The notes under the pieces were generated by a model. The model saw nothing but the letters and a program-made list of their open reading frames with translations. It was not told the origin of the DNA and ran no database searches. A program made the translations under genes and the position numbers. This document shows positions 1 to 13,950 of a stretch of 58,424 bases of DNA, one piece after another. The stretch comes from Schmidtea nova (Eukaryota), in the NCBI GenBank assembly GCA_044892505.1, contig CM097883.1, positions 403,439,577-403,498,000 of the forward strand, given 5' to 3'. Within the stretch, counting starts at the first letter, position 1. Every line of letters starts with the position of its first letter.

Positions 1-13
1 TATTATTAATATC

Positions 14-197
14 GATAATGCCCATAATGGATGACTAAAGATCAAAATTTTTTTAAATAAGTGCACAATATTTCGGCACAGCCTTTATCAAGTGTGTATT
101 TCAAATACACACTTGATAAAGGCTGTGCTGAAATATTGTGTTATTGTTTATAAAAAATATTGTGATCTATAGTCATCATTATGAGAATAATAAATTA
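14..197. repeat. Foldback (palindromic) MITE
   Basis: Arms atatttcggcacagcctttatcaagtgtgtattt / aaatacacacttgataaaggctgtgctgaaatat, outer arms atgactaaagatca / tgatctatagtcat. Related copies at about 1018-1137, 32025-32150, 42385-42480, 46085-46170 and 50679-50800. Confidence 0.85.
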
Positions 198-545
198 NNN
201 NNNNNNNNNNNNNNNNNNNNNNNNNNNNNNNNNNNNNNNNNNNNNNNNNNNNNNNNNNNNNNNNNNNNNNNNNNNNNNNNNNNNNNNNNNNNNNNNNNNN
301 NNNNNNNNNNNNNNNNNNNNNNNNNNNNNNNNNNNNNNNNNNNNNNNNNNNNNNNNNNNNNNNNNNNNNNNNNNNNNNNNNNNNNNNNNNAAGAGAATGA
401 CGAGAAATGCTGAAACTATTGTGAACAATTTTGAAGACAAATGATGAATTTTCGTAAAAAAATTTATCCCTTGTGCCAGGTACATTCAGCTAGTTTGGTT
501 ACTTATTAGGTGCAATAGATTAATATATGAATAAAATGTGTTTAC

Positions 546-2209
546 TTGCAACTGTGAACGTAACATTCTTCTCTGTGGTCTTCTGCACCTTCACAATTGT
601 GCTTTTCATTGAGCATTTCCATTTCCACACGGATCCGACCGGGGCGTTTGAATTGATGTATATTTGGGATCGGTTTCCTCTGGTCTCATAATATTCGGTT
701 GCTTTTGGTGGTCCTTTGATAAGGTGGAGACGTATATGTGGCGGAGGATAGCCATTTGGGACGTAGCATTGGATGGTTCGGTTTGCTTGCAATATCTCAT
801 TAATATCTGGCCTTATGCGGATATCAGAGGGGTGNNNNNNNNNNNNNNNNNNNNNNNNNNNNNNNNNNNNNNNNNNNNNNNNNNNNNNNNNNNNNNNNNN
901 NNNNNNNNNNNNNNNNNNNNNNNNNNNNNNNNNNNNNNNNNNNNNNNNNNNNNNNNNNNNNNNNNNNNNNNNNNNNNNNNNNNNNNNNNNNNNNNNNNNN
1001 NNNNNNNNNNNNNNNNNATAATGACTATAGATCAAAATTTTTTTTATATGTTTATTGTTATTGTTTATAAAAAAAAATTTTGATCTATAGTCATTATGAG
1101 AATTATTGATAATAATAATAAAAAAAGATCAAAGGTGNNNNNNNNNNNNNNNNNNNNNNNNNNNNNNNNNNNNNNNNNNNNNNNNNNNNNNNNNNNNNNN
1201 NNNNNNNNNNNNNNNNNNNNNNNNNNNNNNNNNNNNNNNNNNNNNNNNNNNNNNNNNNNNNNNNNNNNNNNNNNNNNNNNNNNNNNNNNNNNNNNNNNNN
1301 NNNNNNNNNNNNNNNNNNNNNNNNNNNNNNNNNNNNNNNNNNNNNNNNNNNNNNNNNNNNNNNNNNNNNNNNNNNNNNNNNNNNNNNNNNNNNNNNNNNN
1401 NNNNNNNNNNNNNCATACGATGAATCCGTATTGTGAACGTTTCCGTCACATTTCCGGCGGTGCAGCTCAAATTAGTGAGATGGTCACTGAGAGATGCACG
1501 GAAAGTCATGCTGATCTCATTGGCCGTTTCATTATATTTGGTATCTGTCATGTTCACGTGCCCATCAAATCTCGGTTTATCCTGTGGAATTCCATCAAAT
1601 GCGCTGCAGGATGCCATTACAAGATCATCAATCAGGATCTCCTTCCTATCAACCTTGATAAGGATCACTGACATTGCCAAAGTCGGTGGGATCAACAATT
1701 CGATCAGTTCATGAAATAACCGTTTGCCCAACGACAAATTCTTTAAATATTTTCTCCGTTGGAATTTATCCGGAGCAGAAAAGTAAAATATTTCCAGATA
1801 TTTCTTATGGGCCCCTCGCTTGAACATTATAGATATATTCATTTGTGTTGATGAGGGATTCTTTTCCCATACTTTGATGTCCATCAGTTTCCCTTGGATC
1901 TCCTCATCAATTGCGTCTTGCACTCCATAAATCAGCAACCCTTTATCCTCCTTATTAAAGTTCAGATCAACAATACGGATCACCATCGTATCTGACGGAT
2001 CAGCACTCAATTTGCTGTCGTTAGCTAGAGCTTGGATTCGGATGGAAAAGGAACTACCAAAGAAATGCGGAAATGTCGACGCGTATGAGACGGATAAAAT
2101 CTCTTGCGTTTCCGTCAGTGATAACCGTAGAATGAGATCTAGAAGGTTCATTTAGAAATTAGTTGAACGCAATAGAATAAGAATTACAAATGATTGCCAC
2201 TGTTTTCAT
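546..2209 (-). CDS. Multi-exon Ig-superfamily secreted/cell-surface protein, paralog 1 (continues off the left end or into gaps)
   Basis: Exon 2209-2188 (MKTVAII, 22 nt), 49-nt GT-AG intron 2187-2139, exon 2138-1419 (signal-peptide end, N-terminal domain, then C2-set-like domain SCSAFDGIP...LSCTAGN), exon ~834-546 (HPSDIRI..CYVPNGYPPP..WKWKC). Phase-1 introns, typical of Ig exons. Confidence 0.8.
1018..1137. repeat. Foldback MITE (deleted copy) in the Ig gene intron
   Basis: atgactatagatcaaaattttttt ... aaaattttgatctatagtcat inverted arms between two N-gaps. Confidence 0.8.
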
Positions 2210-3123
2210 TGTCACAATCGAATGAATAAACCCGCGGAATCGCGCAATATATAAGTAAGGATGTACAGTTGAACTGCATAAATATTTATCACGGTGGTCA
2301 TGCAAGGGTCAGCAGAACGGTCCAGACCAGTAGCAATTCAAGTCATACCAAACGTGTATACAATCCGAAGACGATAATCATAATAATATACATTATTATA
2401 TTAATAAGTCTGGTGTGTTTATATATAATTTCGGTTGCTCGGGCGCCATCGCAATATTTGCACTTCCTGCACTTCCTGCACTTCCTGCCTTGATGAATTG
2501 ACGGCATAAACTTTGTATTGAAATGATATGAACCCTTCAATCATACTGAGGCCCCTCGCAAAATTAAAGATTCTGTACAAACTGTTACCTCCTTGTGACC
2601 GTTTGGGGGGGATTACCCTTAATTAGGTCATAATGTGCCGCGGCTTGTCCAATTTGAATGTATTTGCAAATATTCACTCGCTGTCTCATAAGATGCTAGA
2701 GTGCAATATCGGCTCTCACCAATTCTGGCGAGGGCTGTCAAAGTACGGGTTGCAGGATGAGTTTAGATGGGTTGCGAAAATTTTAAAAATATTTGCACCA
2801 AGAAATGAGCATTGGAAACGTAGTATATTCATATATAATTTACTATTTATACTCGGAGGCCTATTACAAGGAGGCCTTACCACTAAATTAAGCAACAAAC
2901 ATGCCAAAGAATGCTTGAGTTAAATTTTTACTAGATCGCGAAAAGTCTCCACATTTAAACGTTTGCCGCGATATCCAAGAGTTTGAGAACCCTCGTATAA
3001 AGGTGATTGACTTTCATTTGATTGTGTTGATTTTATATTCTTATTATAAATAAATATACGACTAAAACTTGACCGTCGCCATATAGGTGAATACAAAATG
3101 TGTACGATGCCATGGTATGCGAT

Positions 3124-3762
3124 AGGGGGTGCCAGCCAGCAGTGCCCAGGGCGCCTACGAAATGCCGCCCTAATCACAGGACTATAGCCTCAGGGCGCAA
3201 ACCTTTTGGAGCGGCAATTTTTATTTGCGATGTATGTTTTTTTGTTATTATTAGTTATTTAGTTATTAGTTTTATAAAAATTAGTTTTTCATTTTATTAG
3301 TTTTCACGTATTTTTAAATTAAAACAATTTCTTAGAAATTTAACTGATTTTATATTGAAATGTCCTGGAATGACAACCGATATTACAATTATTTATGATG
3401 TCAAGACGTCGAGACGACTCAAATGAGAGCTGACCACCTCTGTGTACTCGCCGCCGGCAGAGCAGATTGAATGAACTAAGTATTTTATCAGTTAAACGAG
3501 ACCTATTTGATAACCTATTAAGTTACTTTTGTTTGTTGTTTGCATTTAAGTTTGTTTTTGTTCTTAATGTTTTTTAATTTAATTTAATTCAATTTTGTGT
3601 TTTTGTTTTGTATATATGTAATAAATTGATTTTTTTAGTTCTGGCACTTTTGTATAACTTTGCCGGACAACCCGCTCTCGCTTGTCATTCTGTGAATTTT
3701 CTTACGAAGAGGGCGCATTATATTTACTAGCACACGGGCGCCGAATTTCTTAAGACGGCCCT
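3124..3762. mobile_element. Degenerate hAT-like MITE
   Basis: Right end reads agggccgtcttaag..ggcgccc on the minus strand, typical of CAGGGCCG-type MITE termini. The left end is GC-rich but poorly matching. Confidence 0.35.
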
Positions 3763-6129
3763 TCAAAGACGCCATTGTATAACTTTTGTTATAATTTCAA
3801 AATCGAGTTGGCAATTTGAAAATTTAAACAACTCTCCTTCTGACGAATTTAGGTATTTCCCTCGACAGTGCTGAATTGATATAAATACGTATATTGCTTG
3901 ACTACTAAATTAAATTATAAATTACTTGGATAGATTTGTATTTTTAATTTATTCATAATTTATTGTAAATATGGAACAGAATTTAGTGAGAATTAATTTA
4001 ATATAAGTACGAATGCCCTTATGACAATACAAGAACATCTCGAATACATTTCATTTACTAAGGAAGATTAACAGAAAAGACAATTTGCATGTAACAAATA
4101 CCCCTATAGAAGGGTCCCGTTGACATGTCTTTCTCCACACCAAGTGGACCGCATTAGTCCTCTCTAAACTTGGAAGTTGACGTTTGATGAATGATCGATG
4201 TAAGTTTATTTGTGAAAGGAAGAGTTGGTGATGGTGCAAGGTGACCAACGTTTGTAAAGGTCACCCACAGTACAACTATTTGTCCAAATAAGACATAAGG
4301 TTTTATTAATTGCGATAAGTGCATGCCAAAATGCTTGACAACTGTGGACAATTGTCCATTATTAAGCTTTGTTAAATTAGAAGGTATTTCATGCCACCAA
4401 ATATAATACTTTATAAGTTTATTTTTCTATTAAAGGGTCAAAAGTAAATTAGCCCCTTAACACGGAATTGCGCTCTCCGTTTGTTGTAAGCAATTCCCAA
4501 TGAATATCGCCATTTTGTGTTCCCTCGGCGATGCGTTCAAATTAAAATATATTAGAAACAGTTTAAACAATCCACTAGGCAAAAAACGCAAAAATTTAAG
4601 ATAACTGGCAAATTGTGAAATTCCAGATAAATATTCCCTCTCACACGAGTGTTTACTGTTGACATAAATCCCACGCTAAGGGATTAATAATGTAAGTAGA
4701 AAAGGAATTTTAATAAAAAATTAAAAACTATAAATGTCGGACCTTATTTCCGCCATTTGAGTGGTCTATAGGAACAGACATCAGTGCGACTCTTGTAAAG
4801 GACACTTAAAAATAAAATTTTAGACTCTATTTAATTTGTCAACAAAATTAAAAAAAAATTTTTTTTAATTTTTTAAAATGTTTTTAAAAGAAATTTATTT
4901 AAAATAAAATTTCCTTGAAAAAGTACGCGAATACTAGTGTTTAAGAATTGTTTAGTTATTTCGCAAACAAATCAATTATTCATGTACAAATATACTGTGA
5001 AATAGCCTGCTATATTCAGTTTAGTTATTTCGATTAAAAATATTAATGCTATACGTATTTACTAAAAAACATATTTTAAAAGTCTACCAGTTACATTCAG
5101 TTTTCAATCTGTTCAATAAGTGAAAACATTGTTTCAATAAAATAAAAAATATAAAAAAATAAAACCCGTATTTCAGTTGAAAAAGAATTACTAATTTTTT
5201 AATGTTTTTATTAAAAATTTAACATTGCCAATTGAATTAAGTTAAGTCTAAAAGACCAATATAGGATCAACATTCACATCACAAACACCGAAAATTTCTA
5301 ATTAACGATCCTGGATATCAGATGGAGAATATCAATAATTTTATTGATAAAAATTGATTTGATTTTATTCTGATTTATCTGATGTGAATGACAATGGGGA
5401 TTTTGATTTATTTGAATTTAATTATATATTATTTTTGTTGATATATATATGGCAGAAGTCCTCAACCGGAGGTGCGCGTATCCTTAAGGCTGTGCAAGAC
5501 AAAATATCTAACATATTTATAGAGAAAAGACAAAAATCGAAAACAAATTATTTCCAATTCAACTAATTTGGTTAGAATAAATAATTTTTTTACTTGGTGC
5601 AACATAAAATAGGTTGAGAAGCTCAAGATGTGAGAATAATAAAATAATAAAACTGAGGTATTTCACAATAGGTTTAAACAAATATAGGATCAACATTCAC
5701 AGCACAAATAACGAAAAATCAAATTCACGATCCTGGAAATATTTAATGTTAATGTCGCATGGATTTATATTAACAATTGATTTTATTGAGTTGATCATGA
5801 TTTGTCTGATCTTGATGGCAATGGATTCTGATTATTTTGAAATTTTTTTTATTTACTTATTTTATTTAATTATTAATTTATTTAATTTGTAGATTTTAGT
5901 TTATTTTGATCTATGTTTATTTGATGTTATTTTTATGTTTCATAAGATTTTCGATAAAGGTCTTAGTGTCATTGATAGATATTTCAAATGTTAGCCATAA
6001 TGGCAGCTTTGGTTTCCTCACCATTTATATTGACATTAGATTATAATAAAATCACTTTTGAAATAAATAATGTTATCGAATCCCCTCCTGCACTGACATA
6101 GTGATTCAAAATACTACAAAATGCCAGGC

Positions 6130-6506
6130 CAGTGTTGTCCAAGATGCGTGCCGCGGAAAAAATCTGCAAACATTTAAAATCACTAAGGTTTTAGTACCTT
6201 CGAGTTGTATAGGAAATTGTATAGTTGTATAGGATTTTCTGTCCTCATAGAAATTCAAACAAAAAAACGTGAAAGATTAAAGATGATCGGCAGCGAATTC
6301 AGAGTGTCCCTATCAAGCAACGAGCCGCATTTTGAGTTCATATGCTCAAACTAAAATGTCCAAATATCTCATTAATAAATATTGAATGTGAACTATTTTT
6401 CAAGTAAATCGTTTTTCTTAAAAAATATTATAAGTTTTTTCGAAAGTGCCGCGGGATTTTGAGTTTGTTTAGTGTGCCGTGCGCCATTTTCAGTTGGACA
6501 ACACTG
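6130..6506. mobile_element. hAT-type MITE
   Basis: 13-bp perfect TIR cagtgttgtccaa / ttggacaacactg. The 8-bp flanks only partly match (tgccaggc / ccttaggc). Confidence 0.75.
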
Positions 6507-6563
6507 CCTTAGGCTGAAACATAAAATGAAAAGAAGGGACGTGAGTAGAGAGGGACAGGGTTA

Positions 6564-8210
6564 TCAGTGTTGTGAAAGACAATCAGTTTTTCCCACATCC
6601 CATTTGTGTTTCATAAAAACATTGTCGTATTTGTTTATTAGGTTATTAATTACCATATCTTCAACTTTCCTTTCCGTAAATCCTTTTTCTATGAAATTTA
6701 CTGATAATTTCGATAACTTTGTCGTACGAATCAGACTGTCATTTATACAATCCTCGATATTCAACCGGATACCAAATGCATCCAGGAAGTTCATTCCATC
6801 AATTAGTTGAGGTCTAATTTCATCTGCTATATAAAATTGTATATCTTTACTTTCTTTTATTCCTTGAATTTTAATGTTTATCGTAATAGTTCCAACAATA
6901 TTAAGGGGGCTTTCATCTGCACATTTTACTTTCATATCACTCTTTTTGACATTATTCATTTAACATTTCTCAATCATATTGTGATCTATGACGCTGATTT
7001 TTGCTCCTGTGTCAAGCAAACATCTTAAACATTTACCATTCATAGTAACATCAACGCTCGGTCTGCCTCCCATAGCTATCATATCTGATAATTGAATCCC
7101 TGTCATTCATCAAACACATACTTGAATCAAGTGTTAGTAATCTTTCTTCACTACTACTTCCACTTGCATCATAGTGGCTGTTAATTTCATTTAGTAAACT
7201 TATACACTCGCTATTTTGAGAGTTATATTCAGATATACTATTTCTATTTAATTCACAAATATTTATATTAAAAAATTATTATTTAAATATTTACAAGAAT
7301 CAAACATACAATCACAATCATTCGCATACATACAGTTTCTGTCAAGAATATTACATAATTTTAGTCCTGTGCTTTTGTGCTCTCCTCCATCATAAAAGCT
7401 TTGGCATTTGGGGTCGGTATCTGGTCTTCGTAGTTGTCATCCACCTAGTCTTCTTCCATACCGGCAACCTGTCCTCTGAATCTGTAGTTATTCATCGCAA
7501 AACATTGATGTTTGAAATGTCCTTGTTTATGACAGTGTGTAAATTGTACATTTGAACATTTGAACATTCGAGTCTTCTATGACCCCATTCTCTGCATGCC
7601 CAGCACTGGTATGTTCTCGGTTGGCCAGCTTCCTCATCTTTATATTGTTTTTTTTTCTGGTCGTTGCTATATCTGTTGTAGTTATATCCTTTATATGGAT
7701 TATCTTGTAACCGATTTCCTTGATGTTAACCATTTTTCCTTCGGTAAAAACTTTGTTTATTACCCTCCCAGCGTTTACCTTGTCGCCTAATGATATTTTG
7801 ATTTGAAAAATTACTTCTTGCACCAAGCATATTGTTTTCAGTATTCTGAATTTAAACTGTATTAGCAAATGTTCTCCTTGAAATCACTGCAATTGGTCTG
7901 TAGGTTTTTGTAACTCGTCTTAAATACTTTCTAATTTCCCCATTCTCACTTTTATTTCTCCGATAGGCTTTATGTCTTGGATTTTGAGATCGTATTTCAT
8001 CTCCTTATCATCCAATGTGTGGAACAATAGAAACTTATTTAACGTATCTTTATCCATCTTATGTTTGAGGATACCATCTGTTAATTTTTCCAGTTTTCTC
8101 CAATAATCGTTAAATCTATCTTCTCCTTTCGTATAATTCAGAGCTTCTTGTAGATCTTCGATTAACATTGGTTTTGAAAACGCTTTAATAAGTTTTTCTT
8201 TATATCCCAT
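6564..8210 (-). mobile_element. Ty3/Gypsy gag-protease remnant (decayed)
   Basis: Gag-like ORF 8210-7920, CCHC-like knuckles (HCHKQGHFKHQC near 7500), aspartic protease LLDTGA (~7015) followed by an in-frame TAA, then the pre-RT linker KYDNVF..DVGKT truncated near 6564. Confidence 0.85.
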
Positions 8211-8435
8211 TTCTGATGTTATTTCATCGTATAGTTCGATAATAGTTCGATAATAGTTCGATTATAGGTCGATAACAAAATAATTTAAAAAACAAACTAT
8301 GTGTCGATTGATTTTTTGGTTAATAAATGTATTTCGTGGTTTTCTCTCAAGTCATTATCTTTCTCACTTAGCATCAAATAGATTATTTAACTTATATAAA
8401 TGGTCGACGTTAAATGTTCTACCTCGTTAATTATA

Positions 8436-9060
8436 GAGATTCGCGAATGGATGCAGTAAAAATCTCCAACATCTTCAATCACAATCGATAGGATCGCCTG
8501 CTAAGAGAATAACAGCGGTCGATCCAACGGCTGACGGCTACCAACGAGCAGCTCAAGCAGAAATGGTTTGCTCCAGACGAATGAAGAATCAAATAATGAA
8601 AACCACTCGGACACAGAAAGCTCTAACAGAAACTAAAGCGGAATTGGATGCAGTGCAACGAGAACTACGAAGTTGTCTAAACTCCATAACCAGGCTCTAC
8701 ATCGATATGGAGCTTCGAGCCATCATTAGGCCGATTACAGCCCAAAGATGGACTTCAACCGAATTACAGAACCCCTCAGTCGGAACCGAATGCAACGATC
8801 TGCTGTCTACACACACAGCCCAAATCCAGCCACTGTCAACTTACCTACCAAATCCTGTGGCCATCTCGAGAAAGAGACGATCATGGTCGAAACAGTGGCG
8901 ATGTAAATGAGGATTTGCGCAACAACTAGCCGCGCAAGTAGACCGCTTAGCGATCTGTCCGAATTCGAATAGTGAGACAGTTTGTATTTATGTATGGTTA
9001 TGGACGAGGCATCCCTAGCATACCTACGTAATTATTTAAAACCCACCCATAAACCCAGCA
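8436..9060 (+). mobile_element. Family X 3' fragment (copy a): frameshifted ORF B plus terminal block
   Basis: QLKQKWFAP/(frameshift)RRMKNQI..ELRSCLNSIT..LRAIIRPIT..SVGT..RKRR matches ORF B. Ends aacccacccataaacccagca like the other copies. Confidence 0.8.
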
Positions 9061-9689
9061 CCTCTATTAAAACAAAAATACAAATAAATACCATAACAGG
9101 TCAGACTCATATACAATATAACTCATAATCACATTTACTTCATCGATAAAATAATAGTCAAATAATTAAATGAAAGAATCAAATAAAATTGTTAATAATC
9201 AATCAGAATCATATAACTTATTATCACTGTCATTTTGAATTGTTGACTTTTCTTTTATTGGTGCTCTTTATCCACATTTTTATCCCTATTCTATAATCTT
9301 CGCTTATCTCAAATGTATCCGTTAATTTCCATGTATCTAACATATGGACAGATAGGTCCACTGGCAACCTTTCCACTTCGCCTGCCGACCACCCTTACCA
9401 AATAGTACGAAAGGACCTCAACAAAACTTCGATGTAAATAACCGTGAAAAAGGAGATTCGAGTTTTTTATACACGATGTTTTCGATATTCGTAAAAGTTA
9501 TCAATAAAAACGTATTTTTGTTTGTTATTTTTCTTAGCAAGATTATTATGCGGATCCTATTAATATTATTTAATTAGGGCAAAGAGGGTTAAGGGTAATT
9601 ATTTACCCAGGTTAAATGATTTTCGACAATTTTATAAACCTTAAGGCTCTTACTGCGACCTATTTAAGGATAGTAAAGTCATGAATTTA

Positions 9690-10555
9690 ATTTTCTAGTA
9701 TGGCAGCTGAAATTAATGGAAAATGAATCAAAGTCTGCAAATGAGTGTGCCGAAACCATAAGTGCCATTAGGCAGAAATAGGGGTTCTCAAGAAGAGAAT
9801 CATTCAAATGGAGGCACATGAAAAAAACTAGAGCGAGCACAATGGACAGGAGTCAATTTACCGCTGGAATTGGATGCGGTTCGATTAGAATTAAGGAACT
9901 GCCGTAAGAGCATGACGCAAGAGTTTATCGACGCCAACCTACGAGAACGGATCCGGCCGTTTACCTACGACGAATGGACAAAACCGTCATCCTCAACCGA
10001 AGCTAATAAAACCCCGCCAACGTATCCACAGGTACTGGATTGAAGCCAAAACGAAACCAAATTGGATCTAGACAACGAAGTCACCAACAAAGAGGGACGT
10101 TCGTTCGACAAAATTACGACACAATTAACATGATGGACCTATTGGCAGAAATCGTCGTATTATAAATTCTGTGTTGTAATAAAGCTAAATATACCCTTGC
10201 AGCGCTTTATGTACTTTCTTGATATAATTCAGTACTGTTCATTTTGTTTCGTCCCGTACATTAAATGCTGTAAATAAGATAGTTGAGAGAAAAGGATGTC
10301 TCAAAAATTAGTGACCGGCGACGGGATGTGAAAAGATTTAGAAATTGTCTTTCATTGACCGAGGAGAAGCCGTAGTAGAGGCAAGCCGGGAGGAGTTGGC
10401 CTCGAGATTGCTCATCTGCCAACTTGATCTATGCCGAAGTGTACAGCACTAACATGAGAACAAAAGAGTCTCCTGGGTACACACTCGTTAAGGAAGTATT
10501 TATGACGGTGTCCACAACAAAATGCGCTAAGACAAATCAACTGGTACACCCAACA
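9690..10555 (+). mobile_element. Family X 3' fragment (copy b): decayed ORF B, structured RNA and right terminus
   Basis: ELRNCRKSMTQEFIDANLRERIRPFTYDEW..MDLLAEIVVL*, then AATAAA, RNA motif at ~10360-10485, terminus cccaaca at 10549-10555. Confidence 0.8.
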
Positions 10556-11799
10556 GGTTCGAAGATTTTGTTCTCATTACTTTGACTCGCGTAAACAGCT
10601 GATTCTAATGTTTTTTGCGCAAGAAAATTTGACATTTAGATCAAAAGATATATGCATTTAAAATACGTCTTTTTATTTTTTACATTTAAGTTTTGAAGGC
10701 TTCATAGGACAGGGAAGTATATGGAAGTATATGCTTGATCAGAGTACCTTAGAATTTCAAGGGCTTTCAAAGAATACCACTTTTGAAGAATTTGGAGGAG
10801 ATTTATTTTCATGTTAAAAACTTCGGACTTTTTAGTCTATGATGAATTATGATCCAATTCAGTTCATTTACGAATGGACTTATGCTAGATTTCTATTTAT
10901 GCTGGATCCTTTTATGCAGGACGTTTTGGCGATTTTTCCTTTTATTATCCACTCAGTATGAAGATTTGGAAAGGATAGTAGAACATATTTCTACTACCTC
11001 TCAAAAGTTCATTGTGGATGGAATAAACATCATGAAAGATAAATTCATTTTTTAATTTTTTAGAAAAATTAAATTAAATATAAGATAATTTTTTGTTAAA
11101 TTTATTTTTTTACGTTTATTCTGAAAGAAATATTTTGAAAAAGAATTTTTATAATAAATTATAAATATGCAAAAATTAATTTAAATGATTATTGTGAGTT
11201 TGCGGTAAATATTATTAGGCAAAATGTTAATATTGCCATTACTTCAATATTTTGCTTATTAATATTTACTCAGTTAAATTGGTGTATTTGATTCCCACTC
11301 AATATGTAGACGCCATATTGAAAGGAAATTCATAGAAAAAACATCAAAAATATCAACCAATCAAATCAAATAAAACCGCTTACGGCGTAAGCCGACTTCT
11401 ATTAATAAATATTTATACAGACATAATCAAGCATAGAATTTGATGAGATTAAGATTTGGGAAAGATAGATGTTTGATTGATGAATGAAAATGTTAATTAA
11501 TTTAAAAGCTTCCATTTTTAAATAGTAGCGGCAAATTGCCGGTTTGACGTCACTTGGTAAAAAAGGTATATTTCTGATCGTATCAAACGGAATGAGTGAG
11601 TTGAGATTTGAAAACTCGATCATTTCGTTTTGGGTGATCAGAAATATGCCTATTTTTCCAGGTGGCGTCAAACCGCCAATTTGTCAGTACTAAGATGTCA
11701 TTAGGAACGTCAATGCAAACTCGATCGAAAATCCACCTAACTAAGAATATCACTGAGCAGAAAGAAAATTCGAGTTGGATGTATATATTAAGACAGTAA

Positions 11800-12498
11800 T
11801 ACAATTTGTTAAGTAGTATGAATGCTCTTAATGGGTTTCGTTGTTGATTTATGTAAATGTAACTCCTAGTAATGAAGGGGTTTAAGCAAAGGTTTCTGAC
11901 AAACCGAGAGTTAAATAACGACACTAGGTGAAAGATTTAGAGAATTGAGAAGGAGAGTTAAGCATGATATGACTCGTGGAGTTTGAATTAATGATAATAT
12001 AAAATTCTCTTTTAGACATGCCCCCTTTCTCCTTGGAAACCAGTAAAGAAATCGGGGCGAAGTCAGAAACAAAGGAGGAAACGCCATCAACTTAGGAATA
12101 CGCAATTTCAGACTCAGTTAATGAATCAAGTCAACTGATTAGACAAATTGAGTGAACTGGAACTGACCGATGAAATTGTAATCCTGTGAAATGTGTATGT
12201 GTGTAATTATTTGTGTTTTAATATATTTTGGCGCTAAAGTTCTGTTGTACAGAATTTGTGTTTATCTCTTATCGACCGAAACGAACCCAGTAAAAGAGGT
12301 GGTCAACAGAGAGTGGTTTTGGAAAAGGAGCTCACCTGCTTGTTGAGTCTCAGACCACGGTATACAGTACCAACGCAATCATCTATAGAATGATTGCGAG
12401 TATGTACATGGGGGTCATTCCTAGTGTCCATATTCGTTTTCTTGTGTGGTGTATGGATGACAGTGAGTCCTTAGCGAAGAGAGTCTAAATCACCCATC
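11800..12498 (+). mobile_element. Divergent family X 3' fragment (copy c)
   Basis: Stop-riddled ORF B-like frames (ELRRRVKHDMTRG..; KLSELELTDEIVIL*), RNA motif at 12265-12410, possible terminus cccatca at ~12492-12498. Confidence 0.6.
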
Positions 12499-13879
12499 AC
12501 ACCACAAGACACAACAGAAATTGTTCAACAGTATAAGTATAAGTATAAGTATATTGTATAGTAATAATTTATGTGAATACTCCTTCGAATACGCAAATGA
12601 AGAGGCTAGAAGTTATCTGAAAATTTGATTTCATTCATCACAAAAAAATATAATTTAATATTTTAGGTTTAATTCTACAACCGGTATCGACGGAAACGCA
12701 AGTGTTACTGCCTGTCAAATCCGTGTCGACATTTCGGCATTTTATTCAGTTTATGCGCACCCAATAGATGAAGAATATTTAACGGAAAATACAAGGATTT
12801 TACGCACAGTTGGTGCTCCCGATCCCTGTTCCACGGTAAGAAACAATAAATAATGATTTGGTTATGGCATCATGCAGAGAATCTTTTGAGATTTCACAGA
12901 ATGAGCAGAAATTAAATAATCAGCTCAAGTAAATTTGACTGATAAAACATAATAAAACAGCCAATGAGATCACAAAGTACTTCCTCTTATCTGTCAGTGA
13001 CCAACTCACTAATTGCATCAATAATTTTACGGGTGTGCATGGTGTGCACGGTGTGCATCACACACGGACACGTGATGCCTACTACCTCGCGAGTAATAAT
13101 ATTCGTCACTATTTTTATCATTTTCTGTGCATTTTTTAACTGAAATTTTCGTTTGTTTTCATTTCATCTTTAAATAATATTGTATTTTCTAATAAGAATG
13201 TAATAATTATAAATGTTTAAAGGTACACAAATTGTTTTTGTTACTTTTATTACTATTAGTTTGTGAATTTATTTTAATTATTTTTAGATCTAAAAATGTA
13301 TCCATTTATTTGCGCGCACAGCTTCACCAAACCGCAGGACTGACACTGCGTAAAAAATTTACAATCTTTAGTTTATTTTCAAAATTTTCATTTAAACTAA
13401 ATTTAATAATTATTTCAAACAGGTGAAACGTGCTTATCAGCTACATGGATATTTGTCGGTCCATATAAGCTCAAGGCAGACCATAAATAAAAGTTAAGAC
13501 CATTTCATGGTTGTATATATATATATATATATATTCTTGGGTCTACCAAAGATCTAAAAAGCACAAAAACATAATAACAATCAAAACAAGATAATGAAAA
13601 AGTAAACTATTAAAACATAGAAAACCTAATGAAAAGGATAAAAACAAAAAATTATGTAAATAATAAATTACCAATAAGAATAAAATAAGCCGAATTGATG
13701 GAGAATAGGCCGAAAGAAGATCTAGAATAGAAATATGGAAAATTCGCATAAAATTAAGAAAATAATAGTACAATTTATTAAATAATTATTTGGAAAAATA
13801 AGACCACCAGGCGAGAAAATCTAAAACTGAACTAGAATCAGGTAACAATTAATTAAAAATAATGAACTAACTTTGAAGG

Positions 13880-13950
13880 GCGGCCTGATCCTGATTGGTC
13901 AATCCAACCAACGCGATCAGTATAAATACCGACCCGAAAATCAGATTTTT
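13880..13950 (+). promoter_or_regulatory. Family X Pol II promoter (GC box, CCAAT box, TATA, Inr-like TCAG)
   Basis: gggcgg..ctgATTGGtc..(about 27 nt)..TATAAATA..aaaTCAGa. Same spacing in six copies (13890, 17500, 26038 plus; 27945, 30392, 31514 minus). Confidence 0.8.

Noticed and set aside
138-485. ORF-track entries spanning N-runs (also 32201, 42111, 49578, 53013, 57005) and hydrophobic ORFs antisense to A-rich arms (13543, 17126, 45576)
   Set aside because: Artefacts of gaps or base composition.
4040-4380. SWIM/MULE-like remnant on the minus strand
   Set aside because: Needs frameshifts and a stop to build the motif; too degenerate to support.
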